From Alphaproteobacteria bacterium (lineage in GTDB: Bacteria > Pseudomonadota > Alphaproteobacteria > SP197), in NCBI GenBank assembly GCA_964291415.2, contig OZ219917.1:192001-256000 (forward strand): a DNA stretch of 64,000 nucleotides. Reading direction: 5' to 3'. Made by a program: the position numbers and the translations under genes. Positions 41,184 through 52,994 of this stretch are shown in pieces. Below the pieces are notes generated by a model that was not told the origin of the DNA, did not search any database, and saw only the letters and a program-made list of their open reading frames with translations. Within the stretch, counting starts at the first letter, position 1, and every line of letters begins with the position of its first letter.

Positions 41184-43301
41184 TCACGGGTCCGCAATCG
41201 GCCTGCGCGGAACGATGAGGGCGTCGGCAACGGTGCACCCCTCGCCTTCGCCGTGGACGATGATGGGGTTGATGTCGATTCCCTCGAGCCATGGCTCGTG
41301 CGCTGCGGCAAACTCCGACAGGGCTCCCAGGGTGGCGATGAGGGCAGCCCGGTCCGCCGGCGGCGCGCCACGCCACCCTGCGAGCATCTGACCCAGACGG
41401 CGGCCGCCGACCAGTGCCGCGAGCTCGTCATCCGTTGCCGGGACACACGCCAGGGCGACCTCGTCCACGAGTTCGGCCAGAACGCCCCCCGGTCCCACCG
41501 CCAGCATGAGGCCGAAGGAAGGGTCGCGGGCGATCCCGGCGATGATCTCGACGCCCGGCGATGCCATCTCCTGGACCACGATGGCGGCTTCCGGCAGGCC
41601 GGAAAGCCTCTGCTCCAGGTCTTCGAAGGCCTCTTTGACGGCATCGTCGCCGGCAAGGGCGAGTTTGACGAGGCCGTGCTCGCTGCGGTGCGGCAGATGG
41701 TCGCCCACCGCCTTCATGGCAACGGGGAGACCCAGGCTTCGGGCGGCCGCGATGGCGTCGCCGGACGTGGCGACGGGGATGCTGCGGGTGACCTTCATTC
41801 CGGCGCCGTCGAGAAGGCGCTTTGCATCGAGTTCGTGAACGGAGGGCCGCGAGGTCCAGTCCGGTTGCTGTCTGGTTGGCGGGATGTGTGCGGAGCATCG
41901 TCGAGAAGATTCGCTCCACGCGGCATGGCGGGTGATGGCGCCCAGCCCCTGGGCCACACCGCTGATGGTCGCGATGCCCTCGTCGAGCAGCTCGCTCACC
42001 TGGCTCGTTCGCATGACCCCGTGCCGCGCCGACATGAGGTAGAACGGCAGGGAGGCGTTCCGGTGGGCGTAGATGAGGGCCGGGGTGATGGCCTCGTCCT
42101 GTCCCTCGTACTCCACGGCCTGGTTGTCGTTGTTGTCGAGCAGGACCACCACCGCGTCATAGGCGCCCGAGATCGAGGTCTCCCGCATCGCCACCTGGAA
42201 GTTGCCGGCAAAGTCGCCCTGCCCCCAGACGTCGACCGGGTTCCCGTCCCCGGTGATTGATCCGACCTTGGCTGCGATCACCTGCCGCGCGGCCTGAGGC
42301 AGGGGCGGAAGATTGAGGTCCGCGCCCTCGGCCAGATCGAGTGCGAGACCGGCATGACCGCCGGAACCGGTGATGACGGCGAGCCGGTCGCCCGCGGGTC
42401 GGCGCCCGGACTGGCAGACCGCCAGCACTTCCACCATCTCCTCGAGGTCATGCACCTCGATGGCGCGATGTGCCTTCAACACCGCGGAGAGAACCCGCGA
42501 TTCACCGGCGAGGCCGCCGGTGTGGGTCTCGACGGCTGCCGCCGCCCGGGCCGACTTGCCGACCTTGAGCACGACGACCGGCTTGCCGGCGTCGTGGGCG
42601 CGATCGAGCGCGGCAACAAACCTCTCCGGTTCGCGCACGGCTTCGGCAAAGAGCGCGATGACCCCGGTCCCCGGATCGTCGACGAGATACTCGATATAGC
42701 GGGCGGCCGTCGTGGCCGCCTCGTTGCCGCTCGAGATGACATGGCTGAACCCGAAACGCCTGGTGTCCGACAGGAAGCCGATGGAGACGGAGCCGCTCTG
42801 CGAGATGACACCGACATTGCCGACAAGGCGGGCCGGGTCCACCACGTCCATCATGAAGAGCGAGCTCCTGTTGTGAAGGCTCATGGTCCCCATGCAGTTG
42901 GGCCCGCAGAGCGCAACACCGGCATCAGCACACATGGCAACGAGCGCCCGCTGGTCCTCCGCACCCTTCCCGCCGGCCTCGGCGAAGGCGCCGGAATAGA
43001 TCACGATCGCTCCGGCGCCCCGTGCCACCGCCTTTTCGGCCTCGCCCATCACCCGGTCCCGCGCGAGGCAGATCGCGACGGCATCGATCTTACCTTCGAT
43101 GTCCCGGATATCGGCGTGGCAGGCGTGGCCCAGGACGGTCTCGTTGCGCGGATGGACGGGGAGAATCCTGCCCCTGAAGCCCAGGGTATCGAGCGAGCGG
43201 ATGATGGTGCGCCCCAGGGACGGGCGCTCCGTGGCTCCGACAACGGCAATCGAGGACGGCGCCAGCAGGCGATCGAGGGCCATATCGCTCATCCCCACCA
43301 T
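41184..43301 (-). CDS. NDP-forming acyl-CoA synthetase (acetate-CoA ligase family)
   Basis: SIAVVGAT, GPNCMG, SQSG and THTG (phospho-His) motifs with a C-terminal ATP-grasp domain. Confidence 0.92.
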   Translation of the reverse strand: MVGMSDMALDRLLAPSSIAVVGATERPSLGRTIIRSLDTLGFRGRILPVHPRNETVLGHACHADIRDIEGKIDAVAICLARDRVMGEAEKAVARGAGAIVIYSGAFAEAGGKGAEDQRALVAMCADAGVALCGPNCMGTMSLHNRSSLFMMDVVDPARLVGNVGVISQSGSVSIGFLSDTRRFGFSHVISSGNEAATTAARYIEYLVDDPGTGVIALFAEAVREPERFVAALDRAHDAGKPVVVLKVGKSARAAAAVETHTGGLAGESRVLSAVLKAHRAIEVHDLEEMVEVLAVCQSGRRPAGDRLAVITGSGGHAGLALDLAEGADLNLPPLPQAARQVIAAKVGSITGDGNPVDVWGQGDFAGNFQVAMRETSISGAYDAVVVLLDNNDNQAVEYEGQDEAITPALIYAHRNASLPFYLMSARHGVMRTSQVSELLDEGIATISGVAQGLGAITRHAAWSESSRRCSAHIPPTRQQPDWTSRPSVHELDAKRLLDGAGMKVTRSIPVATSGDAIAAARSLGLPVAMKAVGDHLPHRSEHGLVKLALAGDDAVKEAFEDLEQRLSGLPEAAIVVQEMASPGVEIIAGIARDPSFGLMLAVGPGGVLAELVDEVALACVPATDDELAALVGGRRLGQMLAGWRGAPPADRAALIATLGALSEFAAAHEPWLEGIDINPIIVHGEGEGCTVADALIVPRRPIADP

Positions 43302-43417
43302 CTCTCCCCAAGAAATCCGGACCGTCGTTAATTCCCTGCGTGGCCGGGGTCAACACCCGCTTGAAGACGCTTGTGCCGGCTTCTAACGTGTGCGCTCTCC
43401 AGTGGCCGGGGGTCGGC

Positions 43418-44593
43418 GTGACCGAGGACATCGAGCGATTTCGCGAAGAGGTGCGCGCGTTCATCCGCGAAGCGCTCCCCGATGACCTCAGGCGCAAGGT
43501 GAGGCGCGAACACGCCGGTCTGACACCCGCCGATACCAGTCGCTGGATGCGTATCCTCCATGGGCGCGGCTGGAGCTGTCCCTCCTGGCCTGTCGAACAC
43601 GGCGGCCCCGGATGGTCCTTCGAGCAGCAGTATGTCTTCGAAAGGGAGCTGGCCCTCAACGACGCTCCGCCCGTCAGTGTCTTTTCCGCCGGCATGGTGG
43701 GACCGGCGCTGATCGAGTTCGGAACCAGCGAACAGAAGGAGCGCTTTCTGCCCGGTCTCGCCAACGGCAACATCGTCCTCTGCCAGGGGTACTCCGAACC
43801 GGACGCGGGGTCGGACCTGGCATCGCTGAAGTGCCGGGCGGACCGTGATGGCGACGACTACGTCATCAACGGGTCCAAGATCTGGACCAGCGACGCCACC
43901 TGGGCCAACTGGATGTTCGGTCTCTTCCGGACGGACTCTTCCGGACGCAAGCAGCATGGCATCACGCTTCTCCTGGTCGACATGGCCACACCGGGCCTTT
44001 CCGTGCGGCCCATCCTCACGTTCGAGGGAGGCGACGAACTCAACCAGGTGTTCTTCGAGAATGTCCGGGTGCCGGTCACCAACCGGCTCGGGCCGGAACA
44101 TGAAGGATGGTCGATCGGCAAGTACATTCTCGGCCTCGAACGGATCGGATCGGCCGAGGTCAGCCGGACCACGGCCATGCTGGGCCGCTTGAGGGAGATC
44201 GCCGCCCAGGAACCCTTGCGGGACGGATATCTGATCGATGACGCCGACTTCTCACGCAAACTGGTGCGTGCCGAGATCGCCCTGCGCCAGGTCGAACTGA
44301 CGGAGCGGCGGTTCCTCTTCGGTCAGGACGACGCGGGCGCCGAGGCGTCCCTGCTCAAGATCAAGGGCACCGAGGTGCAGCAGCAGGTCATCTCTCTCAT
44401 GGTCGAGGCCCTTGGCCCTTATGGCCAGCTGGATCCCCAGGACATGTCCGCACGCGACAACGCGCCGTTGCCCGACGCGGCGCATCATGCGGCAAAGACG
44501 TGCTTCAACCTGCGCAAGTCGACGATCTGGGGCGGATCGAGCGAGGTCCTCAAGAACATCATCGCCAGGAGCGTTCTGGACCTCAGGTCATGA
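43418..44593 (+). CDS. Acyl-CoA dehydrogenase (PimC-like)
   Basis: CQGYSEPDAGSDLASL, NGSKIWTS and TIWGGSSEV motifs. Confidence 0.93.
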   Translation: MTEDIERFREEVRAFIREALPDDLRRKVRREHAGLTPADTSRWMRILHGRGWSCPSWPVEHGGPGWSFEQQYVFERELALNDAPPVSVFSAGMVGPALIEFGTSEQKERFLPGLANGNIVLCQGYSEPDAGSDLASLKCRADRDGDDYVINGSKIWTSDATWANWMFGLFRTDSSGRKQHGITLLLVDMATPGLSVRPILTFEGGDELNQVFFENVRVPVTNRLGPEHEGWSIGKYILGLERIGSAEVSRTTAMLGRLREIAAQEPLRDGYLIDDADFSRKLVRAEIALRQVELTERRFLFGQDDAGAEASLLKIKGTEVQQQVISLMVEALGPYGQLDPQDMSARDNAPLPDAAHHAAKTCFNLRKSTIWGGSSEVLKNIIARSVLDLRS

Positions 44594-45738
44594 CTCAGGG
44601 CCTCACCGAAGACCAGAAGACGTTCGCCGACAGCCTGGACCGGCTGCTCACCGACGCCCTCCCCTTCACCCGCCGCCAGGCAGCAACGGCGGCGCCCGGG
44701 GGCTTTGACGAGGATGTCTGGCAACAGCTTGCCGATCTCGGGTGCATGGCGGCTGCCTTCCCCGAGGAGCTTGGCGGGCTGGGCGGTGGACCGGAAGACC
44801 TCATGGTCATCGGCGAGAAACTCGGGCGCCACCTGGTGACCGGACCCTTTCTTGGCAGTGTCGTTCTGGGTGGCCATGCCGTGCTGTTCGCGGATTCGGA
44901 TGCATGGAAGGCTGAACTGTTGCCCGGTGTTGCCGGGGGAACGACGAAGCTCGCACTCGCCTGGACGGAGCGGCAGGCGCGCCACGATCTCCATGACGTC
45001 GCCACGAGCGTTGAGCCGGCGAATGGCGGCTGGGTGCTGTCGGGCCGCAAGGATGTCGTTCCGGGCGGCGCCCAGGCCGACGTCATCGTTGTCTCGGCGC
45101 GCGTTTCCGGCGACCGGCGGGACCGTGACGGCATCGTCCTCGTTGCCGTGCCGGCCGACGCCCGGGGCGTCGTCAGGCTGGACGAGCGGGCCCATGACGG
45201 CAACCGGGTCTCGACGATCCTCCTTGACGGCGTCGAGGTGGACGACACCCGGTTTCTGACGGCCCCCGACGAGGGCCTGGCGGTCCTCGAACGCACGATC
45301 GATCACGCCATCGCGTTCGTCTGCGCCGATGCCGCAGGGTCCATGTGGCAGGTCTTCGAGACCACCCTGGAGTATCTCAAGACCCGTCGGCAGTTCGACC
45401 GGACGCTGGGGTCGTTCCAGGCGCTCCAGCATCGCCTGGTGGATCTCTACATCGACTGCGAACTCGCCTGGTCGATGGTTCTCGACGCGACCGAGGCCCT
45501 CGCGACCCCCCGACGACGCCATGCCGTGTCGTCGGCCAAGGTTGCGGTCGGCGAGTCGGCGCGGCGGGTGGCCGAGGAGGGCGTCCAGCTCCATGGCGGA
45601 ATCGGCATGACCATGGACGTCCCCGTCGGACATCATCTCAAGCGTGCCGTGGTGATGAACGCCTCGTTCGGCGATGCGGACCATCACCTCGATCTTCTCG
45701 CCTCGTCACCAGGTAACCGGGAGTCAAGCCATGTCTGA
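44590..45738 (+). CDS. Acyl-CoA dehydrogenase (PimD-like partner)
   Basis: YLKTRRQF, SFQALQHRL and QLHGGIGMT motifs. Confidence 0.92.
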   Translation: MTQGLTEDQKTFADSLDRLLTDALPFTRRQAATAAPGGFDEDVWQQLADLGCMAAAFPEELGGLGGGPEDLMVIGEKLGRHLVTGPFLGSVVLGGHAVLFADSDAWKAELLPGVAGGTTKLALAWTERQARHDLHDVATSVEPANGGWVLSGRKDVVPGGAQADVIVVSARVSGDRRDRDGIVLVAVPADARGVVRLDERAHDGNRVSTILLDGVEVDDTRFLTAPDEGLAVLERTIDHAIAFVCADAAGSMWQVFETTLEYLKTRRQFDRTLGSFQALQHRLVDLYIDCELAWSMVLDATEALATPRRRHAVSSAKVAVGESARRVAEEGVQLHGGIGMTMDVPVGHHLKRAVVMNASFGDADHHLDLLASSPGNRESSHV

Positions 45739-45958
45739 TGCCGTCAGGACCGAGCGCCGCGGAAAGGTCCTCGAGGTCACCCTCGACCGGCCGCCCGTCA
45801 ATGCCATCGACGACAGGACGTCTATGGAACTCTACCAGGCCTTCCGCACCCTGCAGAACGATGACGAGCTCATGGTGGGCATCGTCACCGGTGCGGGCGA
45901 GCGCTGCTTTTCTGCCGGATGGGATCTCAAGGCCGTGGCCGCCGCCGACCGGCTCGAC

Positions 45959-46671
<713 letters not shown>

Positions 46672-46735
46672 AGGCATGCAGACATTCTGCGACGTCCCTG
46701 ACGCCGGGCGGCCCGCGTTCCTGACCAGCCGCGAT

Positions 46736-46927
46736 TCAGGCTGCCTTCAGCCCTTTCGTCGGTACGGCCTTACTGACGTCGGATGTCATCGCCGTGTCGG
46801 CGAAGCGGTCCTTCCACTGGCGTGGCGTCAGCTGGGCCACATCCCGGACGGGATGGGTCGCGATCTGCCGCAGGACGTGGACCGAACACGTGCAGGGATC
46901 GATACCGTGCAGGCGGCATGTCAACAC
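46736..46927 (-). mobile_element. IS66 TnpC C-terminal fragment
   Basis: TCRLHGIDP...VLRQIATHP....QLTPRQWK. Confidence 0.75.
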
Positions 46928-47145
46928 CAGGCTCTGCAGGATCCCGACAGCTTTCGCGCCCGCATCTCAGCCCATCACCAACATTCGGGTATGGCTCACC
47001 CAATTGCAAAACTGAATAGAGTGTTTGCCTCTGGCCAGCTGCGGTAAGAGCAGACCTCGTAGTCGAACATTCCCTAATGCCGATTCGACGATCAACCTAC
47101 TCAGTCGATCCTAACTTGACGGGCAATTTAGAGAATGAAAGGTGG

Positions 47146-47790
47146 CTAGGTTGGCGCAGGCGCTGTCGGAAAAACATCGGCCAGATATCGCAAGCATAGC
47201 CTCTCTGCAGATGTTCCGTCGAATCGTTTTGGGGTTGTCAAAAAATCGCCGCGCATCCCCTCGACCAATGCGAATACCGTGAGAGAAATGTGTTCCACAT
47301 CGATGTCGGAGCATCCCAGTTCCTCTGCGCTGGCGCCAATCAACGCATTGAGACGCTCCAGATATTGCCTGTCGAGACCCTTCAGGATTTCCTGAATGGC
47401 TTCGTTGTTCAGACCCTGCACTCGGAACATCTGCCAGACGGCGATACGCTCCTGACGCCAGATTTCTTTTCCGAAATGCAGTTTCATGACGGCAACCAGC
47501 TGATTCCATGCGCCATCGTCCTGCATGACTGCCTTGTCGACCAGCTTGAAAAAACTTGCGATCAGACTATTGAGAACCTCAATCATGAGATTCTCCCTCG
47601 TCTTGAAGTAATAGAAGATCGAACCGCGAGGGGTTCCAGCCCTTCGGCTGATCTCCTCGAAGGTCGTGCGTTCCCAGCCCAGTTCCATCAAGCAGCTCAG
47701 CGTGCTCTGGATGATCTGCTTTTCGCGCGGCTTGTATTCTTGCTGCACATGCCTCTCGGCAGCGGCGACGTTTGCCATGTTGGCTCCCAT
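47146..47790 (-). CDS. TetR-family regulator (BetI-like)
   Basis: GWERTTFEEISRRAGTPRGSIFYYFKTRENL helix-turn-helix. Confidence 0.88.
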   Translation of the reverse strand: MGANMANVAAAERHVQQEYKPREKQIIQSTLSCLMELGWERTTFEEISRRAGTPRGSIFYYFKTRENLMIEVLNSLIASFFKLVDKAVMQDDGAWNQLVAVMKLHFGKEIWRQERIAVWQMFRVQGLNNEAIQEILKGLDRQYLERLNALIGASAEELGCSDIDVEHISLTVFALVEGMRGDFLTTPKRFDGTSAERLCLRYLADVFPTAPAPT

Positions 47791-47862
47791 TGCTTCGTCA
47801 CGTATGTCGGCGACTGATACTGGCCCGGCATGCGTCAAAGGTGAACCGAAAGATGGTGACGC

Positions 47863-49455
47863 TCAACGCCCTTGGCCACGTGTCCAGGTTTCAAGTTTTC
47901 TGTCGAAAAGGCGTCCGCCCGCAAGCGCCGGCAACTCCCTTTTGACCACCCTCTGTGTCGGCGTTCGGGGAAATGATGGCAACACTGTCACAAATCTGGG
48001 GACTTTGTGCTTTGCTAGCTGATCAGCGGCGAATGCCAGGGTGTCATCGAGTCCGGCTTCCAGATCGGCGACGGAGCACCCGTCGACTGGAACCAGGATA
48101 ATCCAGACTTCTTCGCCACGGATTGGGTCAGGGCGGGGAAGGACGGCGCAGTCGAGAACGAGCGGCGCCTGGCGAAACACGCTTTCAACCTCTGTAGCCG
48201 AGATGTTCTCTCCGGACCGGCGCACGATGTCCTTCTCACGATTCAGGAAACGAAAGCGCTCGCCCTGCCTCTCCATCCTGTCGCCAGTGCGATACCAGCC
48301 ATCGTTCGACAGCACCTTCGACGTTTCCGCGGGGGCGTCGTAGTAGCCCTTCATCACGATATCGCTGCGCACCTCCAGTACGCCCTGGCCATCTGCAACG
48401 ATCTCCCGGCCCTCCGGACCGATGAGGCGCACCTCGACACCGGGAGCGGGATGTCCTACCCAGCCTTCCCCGGGTTCATGCGGGGACTCATCGCAACCAC
48501 GCTCGATGAAGACGGTTGCCGTTTCGACGGTGCCGTAGACCTCCAACCACGGGCACCTGAAGCGATGTTCGAGGTCGCCGTGAATTTCTCGCGGGATGCC
48601 GACCGCCCAGGCGGTCTCGAGGCAGAGTTCGCTTTCAACGTCGGATACGGGCGTGTTCATGATCATGGTCGGAACCACGCCGATCGTCAGAAGCTTTGTA
48701 GCCTTGGTCCTTGCCAGAAGCTCCACGAAGGTCTGGGAGCGGAAGCGATCGAGCATGATCATTGTGCTTCCACTCAACATGCTCGCGAAGAAGCAGTAGA
48801 GGGGATCGCCATAGTACAGGGGCTGTGCGGTCGCGATGCGATCGTCCGGCCTGAGGGCCATGCCTTCAGAGATGATCCGGGCAATCCGAACCCACTGCCC
48901 CTGTGTCCTCGGCACCGCTTTGGGCATACCCGTCGAGCCGGACGAAAAGCCGAAACTGACGACCTGATCGGCCTGACTGGTCAAGACTGGCGCAACTTCG
49001 CAGCGATCGGGCGAGAACCTTGCGCAACTCGGTCGCGAGTCGTCGACGAGAAAGGTTGCCTCAACACTCTTGAGAATTGTGTCACGGTGTTGGTCGAAGA
49101 ATACGTACCATGAAATCAGGATCTTCGGCTGCAACAATTCGAGGAAGTAGCTTACTTCGCTGGACTTGTAGTTGGTGTTCAGTGGAAAGGTCGCGGCACC
49201 CAGACGCGCGGCCGCAAGCAGGAGAAGCGGGATCTCGGAGCGATTGGGCAAGGCGATGGAGATCCTGTCGCCGGGACGAACGCCGACCTCAATCAACCAG
49301 TTCGCGATGTCGGCAACCCGAGATGCGAGCTCATCGTAAGTGAATGCTTCACCCGCCTCCGGCAGAGCGAGCGCAGTCGCGTCGCCATATGTATCTGCTC
49401 CGCATGTGACCAACGAACAGAGATCAGTCACGTCCTGCATGGTTCGCGACTTCAT
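47863..49455 (-). CDS. AMP-forming acyl-CoA ligase (CaiC-like)
   Basis: SSGSTGMPKA, YGTVET, WYRTGD and RRSGENIS motifs. Confidence 0.92.
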   Translation of the reverse strand: MKSRTMQDVTDLCSLVTCGADTYGDATALALPEAGEAFTYDELASRVADIANWLIEVGVRPGDRISIALPNRSEIPLLLLAAARLGAATFPLNTNYKSSEVSYFLELLQPKILISWYVFFDQHRDTILKSVEATFLVDDSRPSCARFSPDRCEVAPVLTSQADQVVSFGFSSGSTGMPKAVPRTQGQWVRIARIISEGMALRPDDRIATAQPLYYGDPLYCFFASMLSGSTMIMLDRFRSQTFVELLARTKATKLLTIGVVPTMIMNTPVSDVESELCLETAWAVGIPREIHGDLEHRFRCPWLEVYGTVETATVFIERGCDESPHEPGEGWVGHPAPGVEVRLIGPEGREIVADGQGVLEVRSDIVMKGYYDAPAETSKVLSNDGWYRTGDRMERQGERFRFLNREKDIVRRSGENISATEVESVFRQAPLVLDCAVLPRPDPIRGEEVWIILVPVDGCSVADLEAGLDDTLAFAADQLAKHKVPRFVTVLPSFPRTPTQRVVKRELPALAGGRLFDRKLETWTRGQGR

Positions 49456-49458
49456 GGG

Positions 49459-50226
49459 CTAGTTCCCGATGGCGAAGAGGCAGATCCAATCGGTCGCCGC
49501 AATCACGTCGTTTTCTGAGTCACTGACCGTCCTCACTGTTCCACTCCAGATGCCCCAGCCCTGCTTGGATCTACTCAAGCGCTCCGATGGGCTGTGAATC
49601 TCTGCATGAATGGTCTCACCGATTTCTGCGCTGCGGAAAAACCTCCAGCAGTTGGAGCGGTTGACAAGTGATGAGTGCGGTTGCTGCACCAGACCAATCC
49701 TACTGATCGCCCCGGACACTGCTGATGCGACAAGCGGCCACGGCACGATGCCGGGTTCCGCGAGTTGGAGACCGGGAAGCGACTGCGATAGCCACCAATC
49801 GAAGACTTCCCGGTCGCCGATGGTCAGGGTACGGCCCTTGCTTGTCCGGGTTGGAGCGGATGGCGTCGGCGAATTGTTGTCTTCGGATGTGAACACCATA
49901 TGAAGCGCCCGGCGTTCTCCGGTCATGACATCAACAGATGTTTCAGGCGGCATGTCTGACTGCCGTACGACGATGTCATCGTTCGCCAGAACAACGGACT
50001 CAAAAGAAAGGTCGAGCCGTGCTGGCGGCGCCCAGTTTGTAGCAGCCGAATGATGTGCTGACGCGAGGCACGTCAGTGCTAGTCCAGACAATACCCTGCC
50101 GCCAAACTCGGTTTTTCTGGCATAGATATCGTTATAGTGAAGTTCGTCTCCTGTACCTTCCCAAATCGAGTTTACGATGAAATCCCTGTCGTTGATTCTG
50201 TAGTCGAAGTGGTCGTTCATCGTCAT
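49459..50226 (-). CDS. MaoC-type double hot-dog dehydratase-like protein
   Basis: TGDELHYND.YARKTEFGGRVLSG, plus a second degenerate hot-dog domain. Confidence 0.7.
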   Translation of the reverse strand: MTMNDHFDYRINDRDFIVNSIWEGTGDELHYNDIYARKTEFGGRVLSGLALTCLASAHHSAATNWAPPARLDLSFESVVLANDDIVVRQSDMPPETSVDVMTGERRALHMVFTSEDNNSPTPSAPTRTSKGRTLTIGDREVFDWWLSQSLPGLQLAEPGIVPWPLVASAVSGAISRIGLVQQPHSSLVNRSNCWRFFRSAEIGETIHAEIHSPSERLSRSKQGWGIWSGTVRTVSDSENDVIAATDWICLFAIGN

Positions 50227-50351
50227 CCTTCGTGATGTTGTTTCGCTAATGTCCGAATCTGCCTTGACGGTTGGTTGATTCTGGACATTTCGCATTCCAA
50301 TGCCCGCTGATGTGGCCAACTGAAGAACGCGCATGGTTAGCCCGACAGCGT

Positions 50352-51383
50352 TCAGCCATGCCAGATCGTCCGGAACGCGCGTAGGAAATTTTCGCCCAGG
50401 AAGGCCCGGACATCGTTTTCTGACCAGCCCGCACCTATGAGCATGGCTGTTATGGCTGGATAGTCGGCAATCGTCTCACAGTCCGTGGGGTAACGATTGA
50501 AGTAGGTGCGCCCAAATGCCGCACTGTAGCCGGCGGCAGCCGGATTGATGTCGTCTTGCGCCGTATCGAGACCGTCGCAATAGCGAGTCCGATCGACAGA
50601 CTGGTACTGGTCTGTGCCCATGCCTACGTGCTCGATGCCCACCAGGTTGACGATGTGGTCGATGTGGCGACGGTAGTCGCCCAGTGTGGGTCGGGCCCGG
50701 GCGTCGCCGTCCCAAATGATCGGACCGTAGAGGCTGACACCGACGACGCCTCCGGTTTCGGCGACTGCCCTCATTGCATCGTCGCTGCGGTTGCGTTGCC
50801 AGCCGTTGATCGCGCTCGCGCCTGTGTGGGTTATGAGAATCGGCTGGCTCGAGACTTCGGCGGCCATGATCGTCGAGCGATCGCTCGAGTGGCTCATGTC
50901 GACCGCAATGCCAAGTTCGTTCATCCGTCGCACAGCATCTCGTCCGAGCGCTGACAACCCGCCGTCGTTGGGTTCCAGACAGCCGTCTGCGAGGAAAGTG
51001 CGGTAGTTGTAAGTCGGCTGCAGGATACGCAGGCCGAGCCGGTGCAGGAGTAGCAAGCGATCGAGGTTGTCTTCGATAGCCCTGGCGTTCTGCCAACCCA
51101 TGATCATCCCAATCCGGCCGCCCGCGCGTGCCTCCAGGATATCATCCGCGGAGAGTACCAATTGCCATCGGTCCGGGTGGGCATCAACAAAGGCCAGCCA
51201 CCTTGCGATGTCATCGCAGCAGTCCGTGAATCCGCCTTCGATGACCTTCGACTGGACGGTGAAATTGATCGCCGCGACATTCGCTGCCCTGAACTCGGAT
51301 GTATCACCGTCAAGATCCCAGATCAGTCCGTCGATAATCAGAACATCACGATGTAGGCTCTTGGCGTCGACGGTCTTGGCCAC
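50352..51383 (-). CDS. Membrane dipeptidase (M19) family protein
   Basis: TYN...DGCLEP.DGGLS, DMSH, ITHT, RNRSD and HVGMGTD motifs. Confidence 0.9.
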   Translation of the reverse strand: MAKTVDAKSLHRDVLIIDGLIWDLDGDTSEFRAANVAAINFTVQSKVIEGGFTDCCDDIARWLAFVDAHPDRWQLVLSADDILEARAGGRIGMIMGWQNARAIEDNLDRLLLLHRLGLRILQPTYNYRTFLADGCLEPNDGGLSALGRDAVRRMNELGIAVDMSHSSDRSTIMAAEVSSQPILITHTGASAINGWQRNRSDDAMRAVAETGGVVGVSLYGPIIWDGDARARPTLGDYRRHIDHIVNLVGIEHVGMGTDQYQSVDRTRYCDGLDTAQDDINPAAAGYSAAFGRTYFNRYPTDCETIADYPAITAMLIGAGWSENDVRAFLGENFLRAFRTIWHG

Positions 51384-51657
51384 CGATCTCTCCCTCTGCG
51401 TCGGCGTCGCGCGAACGGCAGGCCTCGCGATACTCCGAGAGCGTAGCCTTTGCGCAATGTGCTAAACAGTAGCCACATGTGTTTGGCTGGCCAACTCAAT
51501 CTTGCTAGTATCGGCGACATCTCAGGTCCTTGGTGTATGCGCTCGAGGGTGCGGGAGCCGAGGACGCGAATGGCACGGCCGGAATGCGGCCTATCTTTCT
51601 TGAGATATGCGACCGTCCGTGGTGGGCGGCCGAAGGGCTCTCCAACCCAAAGGAGGA

Positions 51658-52782
51658 ATGGTCATGAGGAACTCCGTAACAGGGCGTGTGCGGTTCGATG
51701 TGTCGCGGCGAGGATTTCTCGCGGCCGCATCCGGTGTTGCGTCTGCGGTGGTGATGCAGGGCCCGGGCGGGGTGGCGCTCGCGGATACAGGCGACGTCAC
51801 CTACTTCACCTGGGCTGGCTATGAGCTGCCGGAGTTTCATCAAGAGTTCATCGACAAGTACGGCGGTTCTCCTGATTCCACGTTTTTTGCCAACGAAGAC
51901 GAGGCGCTTGCCAAACTCCGGGCCGGATTCAAGGCAGACGTGCTGCATCCCTGCACCTACTCCATCCAGCGCTGGTACGACGCCGATGTGATCCGTCCAA
52001 TCGACGTGTCCAGGCTGCCTCGCTGGTCAGAGGTCATGCCCGATCTCATGGCCGTCATCCCAGTTTGGGAGGATGATGCGCCACTCTGGATCCCGTGGGA
52101 CTGGGGCCATTCGTCGCTGGTAGTGCGATCGGACCTTGTCGAGCCTGAGTTGCTCGATAACCCATCCTGGAGTCTGCTTGTGGATGAACGGCTTTCAGGC
52201 AGGATTGCCATGTGGGACGCGCTCGAGACAAACGTCGGCATTGCCGCTCGCATCGCTGGTGTTGCCGATCCCAACGACGTGACGGATGAGGAGTTCGAGC
52301 GCATCATGGATGTGCTCCGTAGACTGCACTCCCAGTCCAAGTTCTATTGGAGCTACGAGCAGGACATCCAGCCCGCAATGGCTTCGGGCGAGGTTGTAGC
52401 AACCTATCTCTGGCCATCGGTGGTGAACCGGCTGACGGCCGAGGGTGTGGCCATCGAATATGTCGAGAACCCGCAGGAAGGGAAGTTCTACTGGGGCTGT
52501 GGCCTGGCACTCGGTGCTGGAGGCGAAGGTGACGAGGCGGCTGCATACGACCTCATCAACGCGATGCTGGCACCGGAGTCGGGCAAGTATCTGATCGATG
52601 CGTACGGCTTCGGCCATTCAAACGCAAAATCGTTCGAGATTGCAGATCCCGAGGCCGTCCGAGCCTTTGGGGTGAGCGGAGATGTTGGCGGGGCCATGCA
52701 GGGGGCAAGGCTCGAGTCACTCTCTCCAAGCATGGTGGCGCGCTACACAACCGCCTACGAGGACATCAAGGCAGGAATGTAG
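51658..52782 (+). CDS. PotD/PotF-like solute-binding protein with Tat signal
   Basis: SRRGFL, FTWAGYE and IPWDWG motifs. Confidence 0.88.
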   Translation: MVMRNSVTGRVRFDVSRRGFLAAASGVASAVVMQGPGGVALADTGDVTYFTWAGYELPEFHQEFIDKYGGSPDSTFFANEDEALAKLRAGFKADVLHPCTYSIQRWYDADVIRPIDVSRLPRWSEVMPDLMAVIPVWEDDAPLWIPWDWGHSSLVVRSDLVEPELLDNPSWSLLVDERLSGRIAMWDALETNVGIAARIAGVADPNDVTDEEFERIMDVLRRLHSQSKFYWSYEQDIQPAMASGEVVATYLWPSVVNRLTAEGVAIEYVENPQEGKFYWGCGLALGAGGEGDEAAAYDLINAMLAPESGKYLIDAYGFGHSNAKSFEIADPEAVRAFGVSGDVGGAMQGARLESLSPSMVARYTTAYEDIKAGM

Positions 52783-52994
52783 AGGTGCGTGCGTCATGTG
52801 ACGAACCGCCTTTGCGCATCTCGGACGGCCTAACTCCGATACGCGGAGTCGATGGATCGATCTTTATGCGTTGACCGATCGGCCAGGTATCCGGATCAGG
52901 TGCGAAGGCATGGGTGAAGCCTCGCACCTGCGTACGGCCGGGTTGTGACATGGCGGTGCCGGCGGATGAACGAGTGTGTGGAGGAACCCGGACG